Shown here piece after piece: positions 8,218 to 19,700 of a stretch of DNA of 64,000 nt. The notes beneath the pieces are model-generated. The model made no database searches and was not told the origin of the DNA. It saw only the letters and a program-made list of their open reading frames with translations. Source of the stretch: a virus; IMG/VR virus record IMGVR_UViG_3300045282_000084, positions 1-64,000 of that record. One strand, written 5' to 3'. The number at the start of each line of letters is the position of its first letter. Within the stretch, counting starts at the first letter, position 1. The translations under genes were made by a program, and so were the position numbers.

Positions 8218-10029
8218 ATGGGGGCGTACACACCACAGACGTGGCACGACGCTGATCCAACCACGCCGATCAGCGCCGCACGGCTGACGCACATTGAGGC
8301 TGGGCTTACCGACGCGGCCGCCCCTGCGAACCTCGCCATCGTGACACCCAGCGGGAACACCACCGCTGGTCTTACGATCGACACTCAGGACACGGCGACG
8401 GGATCGCAGGGGGTTGGGATCAACTGCGCCACTGGTGGGGGTACTGCTCACGCTCATGCCTTGTCGGCGATCCTGAGCGGCACCGGCAACGCCTTCTCCA
8501 GCGCGGCCAACTTCGTGTCCTCGAACCAGGCGGCAAGCTGCGTGCAGGTCAGCGGCAGCGAGACCGGGCGTGGCACCGTCAAGATCGCCCACACCGGGCC
8601 TGGCACCAACGCTGACGCCAACGCCGCCGCCCTGTCGATCAATCTCATCGGTGCGAGCACAGCCGCGATGGGCGTGTTCGTTGACTCGGTAGCTCAGGGC
8701 ACGACTGGGGACCTTCTGCGGCTCAAGAACAACGGCAACGAGATTTTCCGAGTGCAGACCGATGCTGGGTTCACCACGCCCATCATCAAGATCGGCGCAT
8801 CTCAGACGCAGCTCCTGGTCGGCGCTGGTGCACCATCAGGCGTGGTGTCCGCACCCACCGGATCGCTGTACCTAAACAGCTCTGGTGGCGTTGGCCTCAG
8901 TCTGTGGATCAAGGAGACGGGATCTGGTACGAGTGGGTGGGCGGTGCTGGGTGGCACCCTCAACGCCAAGAGCTACGGGGCCAAGGGCGACGGCTCCACC
9001 GACGACACGACCGCCCTGACGGCGTGGGTCACAGCCATCAACGCAGCCTCTGCTGGCTCCGAGGCCATCCTCCCGGCTGGCCAGTACGTGATCACCGCTC
9101 CGCTGCCTACCATCACCGCCACGGGCGTGACCATCAGGGGTAGCGGCTGGGCTCAGACCGCCAATACCACGGGCTCGGTCATCACCGCTGGCGTTGGCTG
9201 GAGCGGCACGGCCATTCTGACTCTGAACGGCGAGGGGATTGAGCTGCGGGGGCTGACCATCGATGCCGCAAACCGGGCGACTTCGGCCATCGTGATTACG
9301 GCTGCCAACTGCCGCCTGAACGGTATGAGCGCGCGGTCGAGCATCACCAACGGCGTCGTCGTGGACGTGCAGACCGGGGGCAACTCAATCTGGATGGCCG
9401 ACTGTCGCATCAACGGGATCAACTCGGGTGTGGTCGGAATCCAGATCAACGACACCGACGCCATCATCCACGGCTGCAAGCCGGTCAACTGCTTGCATTG
9501 CATCGTGCTGCTAGCGGGGGCTTCGGGTGCCCAGTTGATGGACAACCACATGACGCCGGGAGCTGGTGGCCAATGCTGTGTGTTCGTCAGCGGCAGCCCC
9601 AGCCACGTGCAGATGGACGGCAATCGCTTCGACAACTACGTGCGCTCCGCTGTCCAGATCACGCCCACAGCCTCGACGCCGAACAGCATCTCGATCACCA
9701 ACAACCACTTCCACTCCACGATTCAGACCGACAACACCTACGCCCTGATCGCCCTTGACACCACGGCGTCGGGCGTGCGCGGCCTGCATATCGTCGGCAA
9801 CTCGGGTTACGGCTCGGCCACGAACCGGCCCAAGTGGGCGCTGGCTTCGCAGGTGATCGACGGCACCACTCCCACGAACGTGACCCGCCTGAGCACGCTC
9901 GGGTCGCTGTACAACAGCAACACCATGTGGGCGGCGACGACCTCCTTCGGCAATGCGAGCCCGCTCGTGGCTCGTGGCAATCTGACTACCACGGATGGCA
10001 CCACGTATGCTGCCGTCACCGACATCTAG
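8218..10029 (+). CDS. spike/fibre: phage hyaluronidase (HylP)-like region plus pectate-lyase-3-like right-handed beta-helix
   Basis: FSSAANFVSSNQAASCVQVSGSETGRGTVKIAH...DANAAALSINL..STAAMGVFVDS..GTTGDLLRLKN resembles streptococcal phage HylP; NAKSYGAKGDGSTDDTTAL followed by PbH1-type repeats. Confidence 0.75.
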   Translation: MGAYTPQTWHDADPTTPISAARLTHIEAGLTDAAAPANLAIVTPSGNTTAGLTIDTQDTATGSQGVGINCATGGGTAHAHALSAILSGTGNAFSSAANFVSSNQAASCVQVSGSETGRGTVKIAHTGPGTNADANAAALSINLIGASTAAMGVFVDSVAQGTTGDLLRLKNNGNEIFRVQTDAGFTTPIIKIGASQTQLLVGAGAPSGVVSAPTGSLYLNSSGGVGLSLWIKETGSGTSGWAVLGGTLNAKSYGAKGDGSTDDTTALTAWVTAINAASAGSEAILPAGQYVITAPLPTITATGVTIRGSGWAQTANTTGSVITAGVGWSGTAILTLNGEGIELRGLTIDAANRATSAIVITAANCRLNGMSARSSITNGVVVDVQTGGNSIWMADCRINGINSGVVGIQINDTDAIIHGCKPVNCLHCIVLLAGASGAQLMDNHMTPGAGGQCCVFVSGSPSHVQMDGNRFDNYVRSAVQITPTASTPNSISITNNHFHSTIQTDNTYALIALDTTASGVRGLHIVGNSGYGSATNRPKWALASQVIDGTTPTNVTRLSTLGSLYNSNTMWAATTSFGNASPLVARGNLTTTDGTTYAAVTDI

Positions 10030-10042
10030 AGGAAGATGAGGA

Positions 10043-10264
10043 ATGGATCGAGTCTTCGACATTACTGATGCAGGTGGGCCTGGCTATCCACATTGGTGGC
10101 TGAATCTGAATCAGGTTGTAGAGCTGTATATCTTGCACGCAGCCCCGGTATGGGAGCTTCACTTGCAGTTCGTCACAACCCAAGAAGCAGTCTTCTCTTA
10201 CGAGACGGAATACGATGCCACAGATGCGCTTGCGACGTGGGTAGGTCGCATCAACGCTGCGTGA
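10043..10264 (+). CDS. hypothetical protein
   Basis: GAGG RBS; fills the operon gap; lower GC. Confidence 0.5.
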   Translation: MDRVFDITDAGGPGYPHWWLNLNQVVELYILHAAPVWELHLQFVTTQEAVFSYETEYDATDALATWVGRINAA

Positions 10265-10278
10265 AGGGAATGTGAACT

Positions 10279-10719
10279 ATGGCGATCTATGAGGTTGGCT
10301 GGACAAGTACCGCAGCCGCTGGTACTGCTCCATACGCCGAGTTCCGTACTGGATCAGGAAACCCAGCCTTGATCTATGAGATGGGGTTTGCTTGTAGCAC
10401 AGCCGTCGCATCACCCGTTGCAATCTTTCGTCCCGCTGCCATTGGGATCACGCCCGGTACAACAGTCATTCCCATCCCAGTTGACTCTGACTACCCGGCA
10501 TCAACTGTGACTGTGGCAAATACTTGGGGCACTGCTCCAACCATTTCTACGAATGTATCCCCAAGACGTACAAACTTGGCAGCGGCTATTGGTGCCGGAG
10601 TGGTGTGGACGTGGCCGGTTCAGCCATTGAAGATCCCAAAGTCAAGCTCTCTGGTGATCTGGAATGTAAGTGCCACTCTAGCTGCGCCGCTGAACTGTTA
10701 CATCTCATACATGGAGTGA
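10279..10719 (+). CDS. hypothetical beta-rich structural protein
   Basis: T/A/P-rich; directly precedes the giant fibre gene; lower GC. Confidence 0.6.
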   Translation: MAIYEVGWTSTAAAGTAPYAEFRTGSGNPALIYEMGFACSTAVASPVAIFRPAAIGITPGTTVIPIPVDSDYPASTVTVANTWGTAPTISTNVSPRRTNLAAAIGAGVVWTWPVQPLKIPKSSSLVIWNVSATLAAPLNCYISYME

Positions 10720-10722
10720 CAC

Positions 10723-13700
10723 ATGGGCCTGCAATCCAGGCTCGGTGGTTTTCCATCATCGTCGGGCTTGAGCACGCGGTCGGGGTTCAACCGACCTAGC
10801 TCGCTGACATTCCAGTCGCAGGACTGGATCAAGATGATGCTGGCCACGCCTGCTGGTCAGTTCTCGCAGCAGACGCTGACCGATGACGCGTCGAAGTTCT
10901 TAGGTGGAACAGGGCCGGGATCTGCGACGTTCCCGATCGCCCTGAGCGACACGATCTCCGTGTCCGACACCCTACCCGTTCTCGTCGTCAGGCAGTTGAT
11001 CGATACTGCCATCACTCCTACTGCGGCGACGCCTACGGGTCTGACCAACTCCGCCGAGGGCGGCTCAAACGGCGTGACCGTCACTACTGCGAATAGTGGC
11101 GGCGCCAGCGGAAATGCGTGGACAACTGTGGCGGGTTCGCCGACGTTTCAATCGACACAGGTAGCACACGGTTCTCTTGCCTACAACATCCCAACCAATA
11201 GTGAAACTCTGATTTGGACTCAGGGTTCTGTTTCAGATGGGTATGTCAGGGCGTACTTTTATCTCTCGGCAAGTACGGCAGACTTTCGCATTTTCGGCTT
11301 CTTGGCCGCGTCTATTCAGTGGCGTATTCGTCTAAACACAAGCACATTCATCATTCAGAATGGCGCAGGAACAACAACTGAGGCAACCGGCACCGCGGTG
11401 TCCTCGGGGCAATGGTATCGGCTAGAGCTTCACCACAACTCGGCCGCACAGTTGGAGGCGAAGCTCTGGAACTCAAAGGATTCCAGTGGTGCAGCAGATC
11501 AGGACCTGGTTGCGGCTACTGCTACCAACTCGAACATCGATGAGCTGGAGTTCACATCGGGTGGAGCAGTCTCGTCGGTGTACCTGGACGATCTGAATGG
11601 GTTTGCTACGGCGTGGCCCGGTCCGGCCATTGGTGGGTCGATGGACACGCTGGTCGTGGCAATCACGCACACGCACCCGATTGCGCTCACCGACACGATC
11701 TCCATCACAGACTCCCTGCCGGTCAAGGTCGGGCGGTTCATCAGCGACACGATCTCGATCACAGACCTTCTGCTGCGCATAGCTCGCCCGCACATTGCCG
11801 ACACGATCTCGGTCACGGATGCCCTCGCGCGCAAGTTCGGCCCCTTTTTGGCGGACACGATCTCGATCACTGACGCCCTGATCGCGCTGAGGACACGAGC
11901 CCTGTCTGACACCATCTCGATCACTGACGCGCTCGCTCGCACGGCGCGTCCATCGATGGCCGACACCATTGCGGTCTCCGACCTGCTGCACACCCGCGCA
12001 GGTCCGCTACTCGCGGACACCATCACCGTCACCGACTCGCTCAAGCGGGCCATTGGCGAGATGGGGTTGATCGACACCATCTCCGTCACCGAGTCGTTGG
12101 CAAGGAGGAGCGCAACCGCTCCCACCGACACGATCTCAGTCTCCGATTCACTGGCCACCACCAGGGTCAGGTTCCTCGCCGACACGATCTCCGTGACTGA
12201 TGCATTGGCCAGAGGTGGGTTTGCCCGCTCGCTGACCGACACCATCAGCCTGACAGACGCGATCGTGAAGTTCGCCGTCCACGGCTTGGCTGACACGATC
12301 GCCATCTCCGACGCGCTCCCTACTGGCCGGAATCGGCCGCTGATGGACAGCGCCTACTCGTGGGCGTTCACCGATACGTTCACCCGTAGCTCGTCCACGG
12401 TGTTCGGGGGATCGTGGATTGGCACCAGCAGCCCGCACTTCAACGTGGATGGCTCCGAGGCTCAAGCGGTGTCGGTGATCGCCTCTCGCACCGGTCAGCA
12501 GTATCTCCTCGTCGGTCAAGCTGATGTACAGGTTCAGGTTCGGATGATGTTCGACCAGCTCCCGACGGGAGCAGGGCCGGTCGATTTCGGCGTGTGGGTT
12601 GACTCAGACAGCGCCAATGCCAACGGCTATCGCACCCGTTGGCAGATAGCCGTGGCTGGCACGATCTCGAATGTAACCGCGAGCGATGTGGCTACCACTC
12701 TGGCCACAGTGTCGTCTGGTACCCCATCTCAGGGCACGCCGCTGCCTGGTGAGTGGTGGTGGATGAAGGTCGAGCGGGCAGGGGTGAACCTGCGCGTCAA
12801 GGCTTGGAGGCAGACCAGCGTCGAGCCGTCTGCCTGGGATCACGACACCGTGGATACGGCCGTGCCCCCTGGCCAATACGTCGGTGTTCACTTCCAGACG
12901 CCTGCGGGCGTGACAAACACGCCGACGTTCAACTGGGACGACTTCTCCTGGCGCACGACCGATGTGCTGGTCAAGTCGGTGCCAGTGCTCTCCGACACGA
13001 TCAGTGTGTCCGACACGCTGATCTCTGGTCGGACTCGGCCCATCGCCGACACCATCTCGATCACAGATGCGCTTGTCAAGGGTGGCGCTGTACAGCGAGC
13101 CCTGTCAGACACGATCAGCGTCACGGACGCCATTGCTCGGCGGGCCTTGCCACTTGTGGCTGATTCAATCTCCCTCTCAGATTCGATTGGTAGAGGAAGA
13201 TCGCTAGTCGATGACGGTACGACGATGGGCGACCAGACCCTCGTCAGCGACACCTACACGCGGTCTGTGGGTAGCGGACTGGGCACGGCCGACACCGGTC
13301 AGACCTATGGCAACTTCGGAGCCTCGTCGGTGAATGGCTCTGCCGCTGTGCTTCCGGCCATCGCGAACACGGGCGTGGGCGCCTTCGTCAACGGGATCAC
13401 CAAGATCAACGAGGGCGGTTTGGTCAAGATCGCCTTCTCGGCGACGCCCACCGACACGATCTCGGTCTTCACGTTCCTGCGGCTAAACCCTGGCTTCACC
13501 GCCTACTACAACGTCCACCTGTATCTGTTCTCGGGTACGACGGTCAACCTCTCCAACACCGTCTTCACTCCGAGCACGACCTTTGCGGCTCCCGGTTCGG
13601 ACGTGACCATCGACGCCGCTTGGGTGAACACCCAGTCCTACTGGATGCGCTTCGAGGTGCAGGGCAACCAGCTTCGCTGGCGCGCATGGAAGGACGGCTC

Positions 13701-16700
13701 CGGTGAGCCAACGGCCTGGATGTTCATCACCACCGATTCCTCAGTCTCAACCGGGGGAACCGTTGGCTTCCAGACGTTCGGCGGCGCAGCTCTCACCGCT
13801 GGGATCAACGTCACCTTTGACAATCTGCTCGGCTACAACAACTCCGACAGCCTTCTGCTGAGGCCCACTCGCCCGCTGTCGGACACGATCTCGGTTTCAG
13901 ATTCGCTGCGGTTCAAGTTCGGGCGGCCGATCAGCGACACGATCTCAATCACCGACGCGCTGGTCAAGGGTGGGGTGAGCGCTCGCCCGATCTCGGACAC
14001 GATCAGCGTCTCCGATCTCCTTGCGCGCCGAGAGCAGCCGCTGATTACCGACACCATCAGCGTCTCGGATTCGCTGGTCAAGGCGGCAGTCAAGCTCATC
14101 GCCGACACGATCTCGGTGACCGACGCACTGCTGAGGGCTCCCACCCCGAAGCTCGCCGACACGATCGCGGTCTCGGACGCCCTGGCGTCACTTCGGGTGC
14201 GGCCACTGTCAGACACGATCGCGGTCAGCGATGGTCTGACGCTGCGAGTTGGCCGACCCATAGCCGACACCATCGCCGTCACGGATGGCCTGGCGAGCGT
14301 GGTCTCGGTGGTGCTGCACAACGACTTCGACACCGGCCAGACCTCGGGCACCACGATCACGACGGGCAACTCGGGTGCGACCGGCGACAACGCCTTCAAC
14401 ACCGTCGCTGGCGTCCCCACGTATGACTCGACCATTGCCTTTGCGGGCACGCTGTCGATGGCCTGCATCACCGGGGCAACGCGACAGGTCGGGTGGAGCA
14501 CCTCCCTGGGCACGCAGACTCTGCTGTGGGGACGCGCCTATGGCTCCTTCGCCTCACTCGCGGGCACGGCTATCCGCATCGTGCAGGCAGACGGCAATGT
14601 CACCACCAACCTGCTGCGCATCGCCACGGTGGCTGCCACTGGCGCGCTCCAGATCAGCGTCGCGAGCTTTGGCACGGTCACCACCACCCACACGCTCACC
14701 GCCAACCAGTGGTTCCGCATTGAGTGGAAGTTCCAGGTCACAGGCTCAGTCTCCTCGGTGGAACTCAAGCTGTTCCTCACTCCCACGTCGAGCACACCCG
14801 ACGAGACCATCTCCACATCGTTCGCTGAGACCGACTCCAGCTTTGCAGCCGTCAAGATCGGGGTTGGCTCAACCTCTGGCTCAACGTTCAACTTCGATGA
14901 GCTGAACACCAACAATCTGGGCTATCCAGGCCCGATCGCTGGGGGTGCATCCCGAGCCCTCACCGACACCATCTCTATCACTGACCTACTGCCGGTCAAG
15001 GTTGGACGATTCCTCGCAGAGACGATCACGGTCACCGACACGCTCGCGAGACGAACGCAGGTGGCGCTTGCCGAGACCATCTCAGTCACCGATCTGCTGG
15101 CACGAAGGGTTGGTCGTCCCCTCGCCGACACCATCTCGATCACCGATTTGCTGCCGGTCAGAGTTGGCCGCTTCCTGATCGACACCATCTCGATCACCGA
15201 CCTTCTCGCACGCGCACAGCTTCGCACGCTTGCCGACACCATCACCATCACTGATGCGCTGGCTGCCCTGGCCAAGCGTGGCCTCGTAGACACGATCTCT
15301 GTCACAGACTCGCTGCCGATCAGGGTCGCTCGATTCCTCACCGACACCATCTCCGTCACAGACCTGCTCGCGCGCGCACAGCTTCGCAGCCTGCTCGACA
15401 CGATCTCGATCACCGACGCCCTGGTTGTCCTGGCCAAGCGCGGGCTGACCGACACGATCGCCGTCACTGACGCGCTGGCGCTGAGAGTCGGACGCCCGCT
15501 CACCGACACCATCTCCATCACCGATTCCCTCGCGCGGCGAACGACGAGGCCCATAGCCGACACGATCTCGGTTACCGATGCGCTGGTACCAAGACGGTAC
15601 CGGCTGCTCGCAGACTCGATCACTGGCGGCGGCGCGGGGACGACGCCCACAGTCCGCTCGTCCAACGTGGCCGCATCGAGCGCCACCACGACCCTGAGCT
15701 TCTCCTCGCTGCCAAGTGGGGCCGCGGTGGGCGACATCTTGATGGTGCACGTCTCGGCCGTGCTCGGCTCCTCGGACATCACCTGCACCACCTCCAACCT
15801 TACGCGCTCGGTGATCACGAACGACTCCACCACCCTGCGCAGCGCGGTCTTCTGGCGAACGCTCACCTCCGGCGACATCTCCTCGCCGCCCACCATGAGC
15901 TTCTCGGGACCGAGCGCCACAGGCATGCACCTGAATGCCATGTGCGTGGTCGGGGCTGATCCCACCACGCCGGTAGCCAACACCGCCTCTGGGGCTTCGT
16001 CGGGCACCAGGGCCAGGGACATCACCATCGGTGGCAACACGGGGGAAGCTGCGGGCGAACTCGTGCTGGCTCTGATCGGGTCGAACTCCTCGCCCGTGCC
16101 GTGGGCGACCAACAACATCGTCGGCGCGCCGCTGGCAATGATCACGTCGGAACAGGTGCCTGGCGGCATGGTGGACTCGACTTCACAAGCCCGTGTCGAG
16201 ACGGCGATCGGCTTCAAGACTCCGATTGGGCATAGCTGGTACCAGTGGGACATGTCGGCTTACACCTTCCCGGAGGCTGGGGGTTCGGGGACTGGTGTCA
16301 CCAGCGACTACGAGAACAATCGCCTCAGCAGCATCTCGTGGCCCTCGGAGCAGACCTGGCCTGGTGGGCAGAACGCGACCGTCGTCTCCCCTAACGCGCC
16401 ATCTGGCGACACCAGCCCGAGCTACTGGCTCCAATATCTCGCCCAGGGCAACTACGACGCGCTGATCTACGCCTTCATGGCGAAGCTGCGGACGTGGGGC
16501 CGTGCGGTCGTGTTCCGCCCCTTCTGCGAGATGAATGGTGGTGACCACCCCTGGGAGGTTGCCTGGGAGACACATGTCCACCGTGCGACCGACGCCGAAC
16601 ATGCGACCTACTTGAAGCTGGCGTGGCAGCGCGTGTTCCTGATCGCCAAGGGCACCGACGCGGAGTTGGCATCTGCGGGCATGTTGAGCGCAGGTGGATT

Positions 16701-19700
16701 CACCACCAGCTCGCTTGCCTACACCCAGAACAGCGGTCACTCAGCCGATGCGCAGAACGTGTTCTTTCACTGGAACCCGCAGGCGTTCGAGACCTCGACC
16801 ACGAACCGTTGGGATGACTACTGGCCCGGAACGACGCCGAGCGGTCGGGCGTACGTGGACTTCGCAGGTGTCGAGCTGTACATCTCAACTGGGGGCACGT
16901 GGTCGTCAACGCTGAATCAGCTACTGCATTCCACAACGGTCAACTCTGGGCGAACACATAACTCCCTGTATGACCACTACATCCCATTGACGAATCTCAA
17001 CGGCGGTGGATCGGGCGAGACTGGCTACCGGTACAAGTCGAGTGAGGCTTCGACCGCCGCCGCCATCGCTCGCATCAACAGCATCTTCGACGGCACCAAC
17101 GGTCTGGCGTTCAACCCTCTGTGGCGATTCCTCGGCTACTGGGATGGTGGGTTGGAGACTGGGACAAACGGTGACTCCCACGTCGATAACACCGGCCACT
17201 CGGACATCAGAACCGCGATCACCACTATCCTGGCCACCGGCTACCTGCGGCCGGTGCTGACCGACACGATGCTGTCTGCCCCTTCGGGGTGGACGCTTGG
17301 AAAGCAAGCTCGGCGCTCTCTCGATACCGGGAGTACGAGCGCACACACGAACGGTGGCCCAGGCGAGGTTGGCTCAATCGTGCTGTGGGCGAGCGCTCCG
17401 ATCGCGTCAGCCACAGCGAGCACGGTTGGGTACGGCAACTACACGTCGCTGTCGTTACTGGTTTCTCCGATCTCAGTTGCGGGGATTTCCGACACCATCT
17501 CCTTCACCGTGCGGCCAACGGTTCCGCTGGTGGACACCATCACCATCACGGAGTCGATCCAGCTCCGCACCGCGTACAAGATCGCGGACACGATCTCCAT
17601 CAGCGACTCTCTCGCTCGCGCGCAGCCCCGAGCCCTCGCCGACACGATCTCGATCACCGATGCGATCAAGCGCCGGATCACGCCGCTGCTCACCGACATT
17701 GGTGCCTTCCCGAACCTGCTGCTGCCTGGCGGCACGGTGCTCCCTGGCGGCGGGGTCGTTGCTACCGACTGCGACACGCTGGCCGTCACGGTCAGACGGT
17801 TCCTGGCTGACACGATCTCGGTCTCTGACTCGCTGGTGCGCAAGCCGACTCGCGCGCTCATCGACACCATCGCCGTCAGCGACAGCCTGGTCAAGTACGC
17901 CGCGAAGCTGCTGGCCGACACCATCGCGGTCTCCGACTCTCTGGCGCGACGGGTCACCAGGCCACTCGCCGACACCATCGCGATCTCCGACGCTCTGGCA
18001 AAGGGCACCTTGCTGCACCTGTCCGAGACCATCTCCGTCTCGGACACACTCGCCAGCCTTCGGGTCAGGCCGATCACCGACACGATCTCGATCACCGAGA
18101 ACCTGGCAACGTCGGCTTCGGGTCACAAGAGCGTCACGCTGTCAGACACGATCTCGGTCAGCGACGCGTTGGCACTGCGGACCACCCGTCTGTTCGCCGA
18201 CTCCATCTCAATCACCGACAACCTGACGGCCGTAGCCGGTCACAGGCAGGTCGCCCTTGCCGACACGATCGCCGTCTCTGATTTGCTCGCCCGCAAGGGT
18301 GCGCCTCAACTGACCGACACGATTGCTGTCGGCACCGATCAGACCCTTGGCGCCGACACATTCTCTCGCACCGTACCCGTAGGTCTCGGCATAGCGGACT
18401 CTGGTCAGAGCTACGGCACCTTCGGTTCAGGAATCAGTGTCGGCTCTGGGGTGGCCTCGATCCCATTCGCTGCGAACACCGGCATCGGCGGCTACATGGT
18501 CGGGCCAAACTCGAAGAACACTGGCGCGCTGATGAAGATGGGCTTCACGGCGCTGCCGGACGATATCGCAAGCTCCTTCCTGCTTCTGCGCCTCGACTCA
18601 GGATTCACCCACTACTACAACGCTCACCTGTACCTGACGCCAGGTGGCCAGGTCGTCCTGAGTCGCACCATCTTCACGCCGTCTGGCTCTTTTGACGCAG
18701 GCACGAGCGACATCACCATCGATGCCTCGTGGGTGAACACGCAGGCGTACTGGCTGAGGTTCGAGGCTTTGGGCACAACCCTGCGCTGGAAGGCGTGGAA
18801 GGACGGGTCGAGTGAGCCGCACGCTTGGTCGTTCGTGACGGTGGATGGCAGCGTGTCCGCATCAGGCACGGTTGGCTTCCAGACCTTCGCGAATGCGGGC
18901 CTGACGGCGAGCGTTCAGGGCACCTTCGATCAGCTCAGTTTCTACAGCCCCGGCGATTGGATCACCACCGCTCTGCCCAGCCGCCATCTGCCGCTCGTTG
19001 ACACCATCTCGATCAGCGACCGGCTCCAGCACCACGTTCTGGGCACGAGCATCACAGCGGCACAGACGACCGATCCTCACTACGCGCCGATCGTCCTGCG
19101 CTCGTTCCAGTCGGTGACCCCGGAGTACGAGATGCAGTGGGGGCAGGTGGAGCCTTCGCAGGGCACGTTCTTCTGGACGAACGTTGACACGATCACCGCC
19201 TGGGCGGTGGCCAATCGCAAGCAAGTGAGGGGCCACACACTGATCTGGGACGGCGGTGGCGACCCGGCGATGATGCCGCCCTGGGTCACGGGCGGATCAT
19301 GGACATCGACCACGCTCAAGGCTGCCCTCCAGGCTCACATCAACGCTGTCGTCGGCCGCTACAAGGGCGTGGTTCGGGTCTGGCATGTGGTCAACGAGGC
19401 ATTCGAGGACGACGGTTCACGCACGAACTGGATCTTCCAGAACGTCATCGGAGACTCGTGGATCGAGCTTGCATTCCAGTACGCCTATGCCGCTGACCCG
19501 ACCGCAAAGCTGCTCTACAACGACTATGGCGACGACTGGGGCTACTACAGCCTGAATCCGAAATACAACGCCATCCTGGCGATGGCGACTGACTTTGTGA
19601 ATCGTGGCATTCCGATTCACGGCATCGGCTTCCAGGGCCATTACGACCTCCAGTACACCGATTATCCCGACCCAGCCGATCTGACGGGGGTTCTTTCAAC

